NCBI GenBank assembly: GCA_018303895.1
Contig: JAGVXJ010000068.1
Coordinates: forward strand, 1-25,492
DNA: 25,492 nt
Direction of reading: 5' to 3'
From: Candidatus Pacearchaeota archaeon
GTDB lineage: Archaea > Nanobdellota > Nanobdellia > Pacearchaeales > GW2011-AR1
The position numbers and the translations under genes were made by a program. Of the stretch, positions 8,062 through 15,410 are shown in pieces (the first letter of the stretch is position 1; each line of letters begins with the position of its first letter). The notes beneath the pieces are model-generated. The model saw only the letters and a list, made by a program, of their open reading frames with translations, did no database searches and was not told where the DNA came from.

Positions 8062-8532
8062 ATGATATTTATTATTAAGGTAATGACTAATAAAGAAGAG
8101 CGGGCACTCGACATGATTGCTGACAGAGCTCGTAAAAAAAATTTAAATGTTTTTTCAGTAACTCGTCCACACGGAATGAGAGGATATATTCTTATCGAGG
8201 CTGAAGATAGAGATTCTGCAGAGGAAGCTTCATTTAATCTTCCATATGTTAAAGGAATAATTGGAAAAACAACAACTCTTGACGAGATAAAAAATATGTT
8301 TGAATCATCAGCGTCGACGGTTTCAATAAAAGAAGGAGACATAATCGAAATTATTGGTTCAACCCTTAAAGGAGAAAAAGCAAAAGTTTTAAGAATAGAC
8401 AAACAGAAAGAAGAAATTGTTGTAAGCTTGCTTGGAGCAGTTGTTCCATTACCAGTATCAATAAAAATGGATAATGTTAAAGTTATCCGAAGAGAAGATA
8501 TGGATGATGAAAACTCATCCGAGGAAAATTAA
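8062..8532 (+). CDS. spt5: Transcription elongation factor Spt5 (NusG)
   Basis: NGN-domain text GYILIEA and KOW motif GDIIEIIGSTLKGEKAKV. Confidence 0.95.
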   Translation: MIFIIKVMTNKEERALDMIADRARKKNLNVFSVTRPHGMRGYILIEAEDRDSAEEASFNLPYVKGIIGKTTTLDEIKNMFESSASTVSIKEGDIIEIIGSTLKGEKAKVLRIDKQKEEIVVSLLGAVVPLPVSIKMDNVKVIRREDMDDENSSEEN

Positions 8533-9285
8533 ATGATAATAAAATTACTTGTTGAGGGTGGAGAAATGAAACCAGGACCAACTCTTAGTCAGAAGCTTGG
8601 ACCAGCTGGAATAAATATGAATCAGGTTCTTCAAAAAATTAATGAATCGACTGCTGATTTCAAGGGACTTAAAGTTCCGGTAGAATTAGATGTTGACGTC
8701 GGAACAAAGATTTTTGAAGTTAAAGTTTTTTCACCACCAGTTTCAGAACTTTTGAAAAGAGAGCTTAAAATTGAAAAAGGATCCGGAACTCAAAAAAAAC
8801 AGTTTGCAGCAAATGCTTCAATTGAACAAATAATTTCTGTAGCTAAAACTAAATTTTCAAACATGCTTTGTAAGGATTTAAAATCTGCAGTTAAAACCGT
8901 CGTTGGAACTTGTGTTTCACTTGGAGTTTTAATTGAAAATAAATCACCTGTTGAAATAGAACATGAAATTGATGAAGGAAAATTTAACAAGGAAATCAAA
9001 GAAGAAAAAACAAAAACTTCTGAAGAAAAAAAGAAACAACTTGAAGAATATTTCTCTGATGTAAAGTCGCAACAAGATAAACTTCTCAAACAGATAAACT
9101 TCTCAAACAAGAACAAGCTGCTAAAGAAGCTGCTGCCGCTGCTGCACAAGCAACTGCCACGACTACGGCTGCTACTCCTGCTGCAACTTCTGCGACGGCA
9201 ACTACGCCAAATGCTCCTGCAAAAACAGCAGAAGCAAAAGCGCCCGCAAAAAAAGAAGCTAAGAAAAAGTAAAACTTTTTCATAA
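8533..9285 (+). CDS. rpl11: Ribosomal protein uL11 with a C-terminal extension; tail frameshifted by a 17-bp duplication (alternative-frame stop TAA 9270-9272)
   Basis: KLLVEGG...PGPTLSQKLGP, VPVELDVD, PPVSELLK and VVGTCVSLG. Confidence 0.93.
   Translation: MIIKLLVEGGEMKPGPTLSQKLGPAGINMNQVLQKINESTADFKGLKVPVELDVDVGTKIFEVKVFSPPVSELLKRELKIEKGSGTQKKQFAANASIEQIISVAKTKFSNMLCKDLKSAVKTVVGTCVSLGVLIENKSPVEIEHEIDEGKFNKEIKEEKTKTSEEKKKQLEEYFSDVKSQQDKLLKQINFSNKNKLLKKLLPLLHKQLPRLRLLLLLQLLRRQLRQMLLQKQQKQKRPQKKKLRKSKTFS
9075..9108 (+). repeat. Perfect 17-bp tandem duplication (agataaacttctcaaac x2) inside rpl11
   Basis: Seen directly at 9075-9091 and 9092-9108. Confidence 0.95.
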
Positions 9286-9312
9286 ATGCTCGTCGACGCA
9301 GTCACTTCGCAT
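9279..9312 (+). repeat. Dispersed mini-element copy B
   Basis: ttcataaatgctcgtc-ga-cgcagtcacttcgcat; 30 of 32 arm positions identical to copy A. Confidence 0.85.
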
Positions 9313-9370
9313 AAAGAAGAAATAAACTGCTTTTTGTGTTGTTTTTGAATGTTAATCAATCAGCAAATAA

Positions 9371-9378
9371 TTTATAAA
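9371..9378 (+). promoter_or_regulatory. Archaeal TATA box for tRNA-Pro
   Basis: tttataaa ends 25 nt before the tRNA 5' end. Confidence 0.6.
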
Positions 9379-9402
9379 CAAATTTTAGCTGAATTTCGTT
9401 AT

Positions 9403-9476
9403 GGGGATATGGGGTAGCCTGGTTAGCCTATGAGGTTTGGGACCTTATGACCCCGGTTCAAATCCGGGTATCCCCA
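9403..9476 (+). tRNA. tRNA-Pro (TGG), intron-less, no encoded CCA
   Basis: GGGGATA...TGAGG TT TGG GA CCTTA...CCCGG TTCAAAT CCGGG TATCCCC A; perfect 7-bp acceptor stem. Confidence 0.95.
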
Positions 9477-9592
9477 TTAGTAGTTGAATGAAATGAAACT
9501 ACTTCGGATTTGAAATTCAAATCCCGAGCGATTTCGCGAATAAGAAAAACGAATTGATTTAAACTGAGCGAGGTCGCGAGTTAGGTATCCCC
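9477..9592. mobile_element. Palindrome-rich ~110-bp element ending in a 9-bp copy of the tRNA-Pro 3' end (att-like)
   Basis: ggtatcccc occurs at 9467-9475 and 9584-9592. Stems at 9479-9503 and 9506-9524. Internal repeat gagcgaNNtcgcga at 9526-9539 and 9566-9579. Confidence 0.5.
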
Positions 9593-9673
9593 CAAATTTT
9601 ATCGCTCAATCAAAAATAGAATAATTTAAAAACCATTTTTGTAATCTATTATTATATTATCTAGAAACTAACC

Positions 9674-9892
9674 ATGACAAAAACAAAAAAAGTAAAAGCA
9701 GCCGGAAGATTTGGCGTCAGATATGGAAAGAAATCAAGATCCAAACTTGCTTCTGTTGAATCTTTTCAAAGAAAAAAACAGAAATGTCCTTTCTGTAAAA
9801 AATTAGGTGTGAAAAGAAAATCAAAAGGAGTATGGCATTGTTTGAAGTGCGGAAAAAAATTTGCTTCAAATACTTACTATCTAACTAATTAA
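9674..9892 (+). CDS. rpl37ae: Ribosomal protein eL43 (L37ae)
   Basis: GRFGVRYG and the zinc ribbon CPFC...GVWHCLKC. Confidence 0.95.
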   Translation: MTKTKKVKAAGRFGVRYGKKSRSKLASVESFQRKKQKCPFCKKLGVKRKSKGVWHCLKCGKKFASNTYYLTN

Positions 9893-9893
9893 A

Positions 9894-10031
9894 ATGACAA
9901 ACTACAAGTGTTTTAAATGTGGAAAGAAAATTGCTAATACAGCGTTGGATCAAAGATTCGTTTGTCCTTCATGTGGAAGTAAAATTTTCTACAAACCTCG
10001 AACGCATACTCGAAGAGTGAAAGCTGAATAA
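9894..10031 (+). CDS. rpoP: RNA polymerase subunit P (Rpo12), 45 aa; absent from the ORF track
   Basis: Hand translation MTNYKCFKCGKKIANTALDQRFVCPSCGSKIFYKPRTHTRRVKAE; conserved position after rpl37ae. Confidence 0.93.
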   Translation: MTNYKCFKCGKKIANTALDQRFVCPSCGSKIFYKPRTHTRRVKAE

Positions 10032-10032
10032 A

Positions 10033-10353
10033 ATGTCCGACAAAGAACAAAAGATTCAGGAGTTGCAATTTTTTGAACAGAATTTACAAAATATTCTCTA
10101 TCAAAAACAAGCGTTTGAACTCGAACTTTCTGAAACTCAATCAGCGATGGAAGAATTAAAAAATTCCAACGGAGAAGTTTTCAAAATTGTTGGTCAGCTT
10201 ATGATTAAATCCAGTTCTCAAAAAATTAAAGAAGAATTAGATAACAAAGAAAAATTAATTTTAATCAGAATAAAATCTTTAGAAAAACAAGAAAAAGAAT
10301 TTAATGAAAAAGTTTCTTTTCTGAGAGAAGAAATCATAAATTCTAAAAAATAA
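10033..10353 (+). CDS. pfdB: Prefoldin beta subunit
   Basis: Coiled coils flanking the beta-hairpin VFKIVGQLMIK. Confidence 0.9.
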   Translation: MSDKEQKIQELQFFEQNLQNILYQKQAFELELSETQSAMEELKNSNGEVFKIVGQLMIKSSSQKIKEELDNKEKLILIRIKSLEKQEKEFNEKVSFLREEIINSKK

Positions 10354-10419
10354 TCTTTTTCTCGACGGTAAAAATAGAAAATATCTTTATTCAAAATATA
10401 CTTTTGAACTTACGAAATG

Positions 10420-10427
10420 TTTATAAA
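10420..10427 (+). promoter_or_regulatory. BRE/TATA promoter for sepF (probably a leaderless mRNA)
   Basis: cgaaatg then tttataaa about 22 nt before ATG 10449. Confidence 0.55.
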
Positions 10428-10448
10428 TAAACCATCTGTAAAAATGTT

Positions 10449-10841
10449 ATGGTGTTAAAAAAATTGAGGCAAGCTTTATCTGGTTCATCTGGAAACTCAT
10501 CTGATGAATACCTTGAAATTGATTTGACTCAGGAAAAGAAGGATAAGAAAGTCTTAGTCAGACTTTTCACTTTGAGACAGTATGAAGAAGTGAATGATAT
10601 CCTGAATTCTTTGAGAGAAGGTTATTCAATTGCGGTTGTGGATATAAAACCATTAAGACAGAAGGATTCAATTGAGCTAAAAAGAGCCGTTTCGAAAATT
10701 AAGAAAACCGTTGATGCTATTGGAGGAAACATTGCAGGATTTGGAGAGAATACAATCATAATCACTCCCTCTTTTGCAAAAATTCATAAAGAAGCCGAGA
10801 AGGTACCGAAAGATGCATCAGCTGGCAATAAATTTATGTAA
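10449..10841 (+). CDS. sepF: Cell division protein SepF
   Basis: LREGYSIAVVDIKPL...GGNIAGFGENTIIITP, the archaeal SepF core. Confidence 0.88.
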   Translation: MVLKKLRQALSGSSGNSSDEYLEIDLTQEKKDKKVLVRLFTLRQYEEVNDILNSLREGYSIAVVDIKPLRQKDSIELKRAVSKIKKTVDAIGGNIAGFGENTIIITPSFAKIHKEAEKVPKDASAGNKFM

Positions 10842-10869
10842 TTTTTGAAAATCCTCGAACTCATAAAAG

Positions 10870-11709
10870 ATGGTGAATAAAATTTGGACTTTTGGTTTAA
10901 TCTCATTACTAGTTTTACTTTTTGTTTCTTTAATGGTTAGTGCTCTTCCTTCGAATATTGACATAAAAACTTTGCCTTACCATAAAGTTATTGTAACCGT
11001 CTCAAAAGATAGTTCTGTTCTTGAAAGATTCAATGGTACTTCAAATTATTTTGGTGAACTTAATTTTTCTCATTCTTCAACACTGAAAGATTTTGACGTT
11101 TTTGTTCAAGTAGATACTCTTGGTGGAGAAAGAGTTTATGGTCCAGAACTTTACCCTGAACACAGATCTGGAGATCCTTTATTAGTGGAGTTGTTCCCCG
11201 TGGGATATGTTTTTCCCTCTGCCCCATCAATTAAATCAGAAAATAATTCGTCTGTTGAAAATTCAAGTATTTCTGATTCCAATGAAACCTTAGTCAATTC
11301 TTCTATAACTGGTGCGGTAATTTCAAAAGATGCTTCTTCAAATAAATCAGGAATATTAACTAATCTTGCGATTCTTGATGAACAGGGTAAGCTTAATTTT
11401 TCAACATCTTTCTTTGTATATCTGATAGTATTAATTGTGATTATTCTTGCCATATTCTTCTTAGTTAAAAGATTAAGAAATCGAGATCCCTATTCTAAGG
11501 GAAATAAAAATGAAGAAGTAAAGGTTAGAAAACTTAGTGAAGTTCTTGCAGAAAAAGAAAGTGGAGAATCCTCTTCAGGTTCTTCTCAAGACTTGTTGGC
11601 TGCTCAACAGAAGCTTAGAGAAGCTGAATCAGAAGTTAACAAACTAAGAAATAAAGACAAGATAGAAGCGCTGAAAAGAGAAATTGATAATCTAGAACGA
11701 GGAAATTAA
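10870..11709 (+). CDS. Hypothetical membrane protein (signal peptide, extracellular domain, Ser-rich linker, TM helix, coiled-coil tail)
   Basis: Hydrophobic N-terminus, N-x-S/T sequons, TM VYLIVLIVIILAIFFLV, and heptad-rich C-terminus. Confidence 0.75.
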   Translation: MVNKIWTFGLISLLVLLFVSLMVSALPSNIDIKTLPYHKVIVTVSKDSSVLERFNGTSNYFGELNFSHSSTLKDFDVFVQVDTLGGERVYGPELYPEHRSGDPLLVELFPVGYVFPSAPSIKSENNSSVENSSISDSNETLVNSSITGAVISKDASSNKSGILTNLAILDEQGKLNFSTSFFVYLIVLIVIILAIFFLVKRLRNRDPYSKGNKNEEVKVRKLSEVLAEKESGESSSGSSQDLLAAQQKLREAESEVNKLRNKDKIEALKREIDNLERGN

Positions 11710-11814
11710 TTTATCCTATTATATTACTAACTTTAATTTAACAAACTGTAATTTCAAACATATCTTAGAATATAGAAATCTTTATAAACCGTGTAAACTG
11801 CAAAATGACACAAC

Positions 11815-13467
11815 ATGGAAAACAAAAATGTCCTTTTAGGATTTGCGAGTGTTTTAGGATTATTAATTCTAGCTAGTCTTGTAGTCGGATTAAGTATTTC
11901 AAATCCTTTTTCAGTTTCATTATCTAACTCAACGAACTCTGGAAGTGTTTCAGTTTCTGGAGATGACCTATTTAATGTAACCACTTCTCTTCCAGTTTCA
12001 AAAGAAGACAGCACAAACAAAGTTAAGTTTACTTTAACTAATACTACTGCCATTATAAATGTAACTTCAGCAACTTTCACAATTTCAGCACAAGAACTTT
12101 CTGATGTTGGTTTTCTTGATACTTACTCTGTAGCTTTTGAGCTTGATTCTGTCAACGCTTCAAATTCTTCAGATACAGATAAATTTAATATAACTGCTTC
12201 TTACCAAAATACTGAATATTGTTCTGAAACTATATCAAATAATATAGATGTAGAAATCACAGACATTATTACCCAATCAGGTTTGGGTGATGATGATAAT
12301 TATTGGTATCCAATGGATGATGTTGAAATAGAAGTAAAAGTTAGTTATGATGGTTCAGATACTAAAGATGAATTCCAGAATGGAGAACTAAGCTGGGCAA
12401 TTTATACTTCAGACGGAAAGCAAATTATGGATGGAACTGAAGACATTGCAGATATTGAAGATGGAGACGATGACACGGTTTATATTTCATTCAGAGTTGA
12501 TCCAGATGATTTTGATTCAGAAGTTGAAGATTATATACTATATATTTCTGCAACTGGAGAAGAGGACTATTCTGAATCTTCAAAATCAAATGCAGACATT
12601 TGTGCTTCTTCAGATCCAGAGAGTATTGATTTGAGAGTTAATGATGATTTTGTAACTTTAGACAATCTTGAACTTTCTTCAGGATTAAATACTACTCAAT
12701 GTGGCGAAGAAATTCAAATTAACGGAGATGTATGGAACATTGGTTCTGATAAACAGAAAGAAGTATCTGTTAGAGTTTATAGTTCTGAACTTGGTTTGAA
12801 TAAATATTTAGATGTGGGAGACATAAGTGCTTTTGATAATGAGGTTCTTCCGTTATTATCTTTCAAAATTCCTGAAAATGCTACAGCAAAAACTTATACT
12901 ATCCGATTTGAAGTACTAGATGAAAGCGGGGATATTTATGAAAATAATGATGATGATGTTTCATCTTCTTTCGCATTCCCATTAAAAGTTGAAGGAACTT
13001 GTGGTTTGCCTTCTTCCACTTTGTCTATATCTATTCCCGAAGCAGTTGAGGGTATATCTGGAAAAGATTTAGTTGTAAAAACTTCAATTACCAATCTTGG
13101 AACAAGTATAGTTAGTTTGACTTTAAGTCCAAAAGATTATTCTGGCTGGGCTTCTTCGATGAATGTCGAGCCACAAGTTTTAATTCTTGGTGCTGGAGAA
13201 ACTAAAGAAGCTTCATTTACTTTCAAAACAAAAGAAGATGTTTCAGGAGACAAAACTTTCAATCTTGAAGTTCTTTCATCTGGAAAAGTTGTTTCAACAA
13301 AACCTTTCAGCGTAACTTTAAGTGAATCATCAAATATTTTCACCGGATTGATTGACAAAATAAAATCTGGCGTCGGAGCAAGTTGGTACTTGTGGTTAAT
13401 CGGTGCAATAAATCTTATCTTAATTATTGTGATAATCGTTGTAGCTGTAAAAGTTGCACGGAAATAA
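11815..13467 (+). CDS. Putative S-layer-associated surface protein (acidic Ig/CARDB-like domains, C-terminal TM anchor)
   Basis: Signal peptide, many sequons, VWNIGSDKQKEV and ITNLG Ig-like strands, and C-terminal LWLIGAINLILIIVIIVVAVKVARK. Confidence 0.75.
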   Translation: MENKNVLLGFASVLGLLILASLVVGLSISNPFSVSLSNSTNSGSVSVSGDDLFNVTTSLPVSKEDSTNKVKFTLTNTTAIINVTSATFTISAQELSDVGFLDTYSVAFELDSVNASNSSDTDKFNITASYQNTEYCSETISNNIDVEITDIITQSGLGDDDNYWYPMDDVEIEVKVSYDGSDTKDEFQNGELSWAIYTSDGKQIMDGTEDIADIEDGDDDTVYISFRVDPDDFDSEVEDYILYISATGEEDYSESSKSNADICASSDPESIDLRVNDDFVTLDNLELSSGLNTTQCGEEIQINGDVWNIGSDKQKEVSVRVYSSELGLNKYLDVGDISAFDNEVLPLLSFKIPENATAKTYTIRFEVLDESGDIYENNDDDVSSSFAFPLKVEGTCGLPSSTLSISIPEAVEGISGKDLVVKTSITNLGTSIVSLTLSPKDYSGWASSMNVEPQVLILGAGETKEASFTFKTKEDVSGDKTFNLEVLSSGKVVSTKPFSVTLSESSNIFTGLIDKIKSGVGASWYLWLIGAINLILIIVIIVVAVKVARK

Positions 13468-13474
13468 TTTTAAA

Positions 13475-13762
13475 ATGAAAAAAATGAATTTGAAGAGGTT
13501 TGGACTTTTAGGTTTGCTGGCTGGAATGATTTCCTTAAATAGTTGTGCTGGTTCTTGCCAAAATGCTTGCAGTGATATTTCACGGGATGCAATTAGAAGA
13601 GATTATGTTCTAACTTTGTACGGGTGTGACGGCAAAGAAATTGAAAAAAGAGAGCTTAAACATACATTCATCGAAGTCTCTGAGAATGGTTCTGGTATTA
13701 GATATGTCCAAAATGATAAATTAATTATGATAAATGGGACTTATATTCTGGAAGAAAAATAA
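13475..13762 (+). CDS. Small lipoprotein-like hypothetical protein (95 aa; start corrected to ATG 13475)
   Basis: MKKMNLKR, a hydrophobic stretch, then an LNSC lipobox-like motif; beta-rich C-terminus ending NGTYILEEK. Confidence 0.65.
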   Translation: MKKMNLKRFGLLGLLAGMISLNSCAGSCQNACSDISRDAIRRDYVLTLYGCDGKEIEKRELKHTFIEVSENGSGIRYVQNDKLIMINGTYILEEK

Positions 13763-13765
13763 TTT

Positions 13766-13816
13766 TTATCTCTCCCCATAAAAAATTCTTTCGTAAATTC
13801 TCGTCCATAATTTTTT
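13766..13816 (-). repeat. Second copy of the last 17 codons of the PAP2 gene (47 of 51 nt identical to 14038-14088)
   Basis: The copy encodes KKLWTRIYERIFYGER*; the gene encodes KKLWTRIYERIFYGEK*. Confidence 0.95.
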
Positions 13817-13818
13817 GT

Positions 13819-14037
13819 TCTTCATGGAAAGTTAATCGTTAACTTTCTATAGCGTAGCGAGAAAAATTATTTAGATTTTTCTTCATGGAAAGTTAATCGT
13901 TAACTTTCTATAGCGTAGCGAGAAAAATTATTTAGATTTTTCTTCATGGAAAGTTACTTGTTAACTTTCTATATGTTTTGTTCACAAAATATTTCTGAAC
14001 GAATCTTATTCGTTCTATAGCGTAGCGAGAAAAAAAA
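13819..14037. repeat. 61-bp tandem repeat array (starts 13819, 13880, 13941) plus a variant fourth module; hairpin + TATAGCGTAGCGAG units
   Basis: Stem gaaagttaa-tcg-ttaactttc. Tail ttctatagcgtagcgagaaaaa at 13845, 13906 and 14013. Variant stem gaacgaat-ctt-attcgttc at 13997-14015. Confidence 0.95.
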
Positions 14038-14658
14038 TTATTTTTCTCCATAGAAAATTCTTTCGTAAATTCTCGTCCATAATTTTTTTTCTTTTTCCCC
14101 ATACATAACAAATTCTCCAATCAAGTATCCGATTATTGCGCCGAATATTACATCACTTAAGAAATGAACTCCAAAGTATACTCGTGAAAAAGCAATCAGA
14201 CATGCAAAAACAATCCAGACATATTTGAATCTTGGAAATTCTTTACTCAAAATTGGAATTGAACAAAATGCAAGCATTGCTTGAAATGAAGGGAAAGAAT
14301 AATTCCAAATAATAAAATTTTCTTTTATCAATAAAGGTAAAGTTTCAACTATTTCTTGTTGAAATGGCCTTAATCTTTGAACCCCAACCTTTAATAAAAA
14401 ACTTACCATCACTGCGAGCAGAGAAGATACCCACAACGGCAAAACCCATTTTCTTTTGTGTTCTCGCCACATAAACAAGCTCGTTAAAATTAATAAAATA
14501 ATTACTTCTGAACTTACAAAAGTAACTCCCAAAAAAACTTCATCCAGAATATCTCCCCTCAAAAAAGAAACTTTCTCGACGATTTGTGCATCAAAATACA
14601 AACTTATCAGCCCAACTATCACTGCAATTAAAAGAATAATTATTCCTTTTTTTTTCAT
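14038..14658 (-). CDS. PAP2-family membrane phosphatase with a degenerate C2 motif
   Basis: C1 KVGVQRLRP, C2 SFPSFQ (normally PSGH), C3 SRVYFGVHFLSD; several TM helices. Confidence 0.85.
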   Translation of the reverse strand: MKKKGIIILLIAVIVGLISLYFDAQIVEKVSFLRGDILDEVFLGVTFVSSEVIILLILTSLFMWREHKRKWVLPLWVSSLLAVMVSFLLKVGVQRLRPFQQEIVETLPLLIKENFIIWNYSFPSFQAMLAFCSIPILSKEFPRFKYVWIVFACLIAFSRVYFGVHFLSDVIFGAIIGYLIGEFVMYGEKEKKLWTRIYERIFYGEK

Positions 14659-14777
14659 CTCAATAGATTAAATCATAAACCCCTTTTCAAAAAATTAAAT
14701 ATTAAATTCTTTAAATAGGTTTCTCATTTACCCTTTTTAATAAAAAAGCTTTTAATGATGTTTTCCCTGAAGAATAA

Positions 14778-15407
14778 ATGTTCCAGAATATTTTATCTTT
14801 TATTTCTCATCTTGATTCAAATCTTGTTGCTTTAACCGTGAGTTACGGGATCCTGATATATCCATTAGTGTTTCTGATTATATTTGCTGAAACTGGGTTG
14901 GTTTTTGCGCCGTTTCTTCCTGGAGATTCTTTGCTTTTTGCGGCAGGAGCAATTTCAGCGTCGGGAATGTTAAATATTTTTGTGCTTTATTTTCTTCTTT
15001 TACTTGCCGCAATTTTAGGAGATAGTGTAAATTATTCCATAGGAAAATATTTCGGTCAAAAAATTATTTCTAATCAGTGGGTTAATTATAAGTATATTGA
15101 GAAAACAAAAAACTTTTATTCAAAGTATGGAAATAAAACAATTGTTATTTCAAGATTCATGCCTATTGTTAGAACTTTTGCTCCTTTCGTTGCTGGAATT
15201 GCGAAAATGGATTACAAAAAATTTCTATCATATAATATTCTTGGTTCTTTTCTTTGGGTTACTATTTTTCTTTCTCTTGGTTTTTTCTTCGGAAATATTC
15301 CTTTTGTAAAACAACATTTTAGTATAGTTGTCTTCGGAATAGTATTCATTTCAATAATCCCTGCGATAGTTGAATTCATAAGATACAAATTTTCAAACAA
15401 AAATTAA
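14778..15407 (+). CDS. dedA: DedA/VTT-domain membrane protein
   Basis: IFAETGL...PFLPGDSLLF, GDSVNYSIG and RFMPIVRTFAPFVAG. Confidence 0.93.
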   Translation: MFQNILSFISHLDSNLVALTVSYGILIYPLVFLIIFAETGLVFAPFLPGDSLLFAAGAISASGMLNIFVLYFLLLLAAILGDSVNYSIGKYFGQKIISNQWVNYKYIEKTKNFYSKYGNKTIVISRFMPIVRTFAPFVAGIAKMDYKKFLSYNILGSFLWVTIFLSLGFFFGNIPFVKQHFSIVVFGIVFISIIPAIVEFIRYKFSNKN

Positions 15408-15410
15408 ACT

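Noticed and set aside
776-9476. Introns or split halves in the two tRNA genes
   Set aside because: Both are contiguous cloverleafs with no extra sequence or bulge-helix-bulge motif visible.
3678-13762. Track start sites 4202 (eIF5A), 6301 (ftsZ), 7397 and 13454
   Set aside because: Alternative upstream starts overlap neighbouring genes or promoters; ATGs at 4070, 6361, 7478 and 13475 fit family N-termini and spacing better.
13819-14037. Palindromic repeats resembling a CRISPR array
   Set aside because: The intervening segments are identical rather than unique spacers, and no cas gene is present in the window.
3601-14088. Gene-end duplicates as diversity-generating retroelement TR/VR pairs
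   Set aside because: Differences are not restricted to adenines (TTC/TTT, TAA/CAA), they are mostly silent, and no reverse transcriptase is present.
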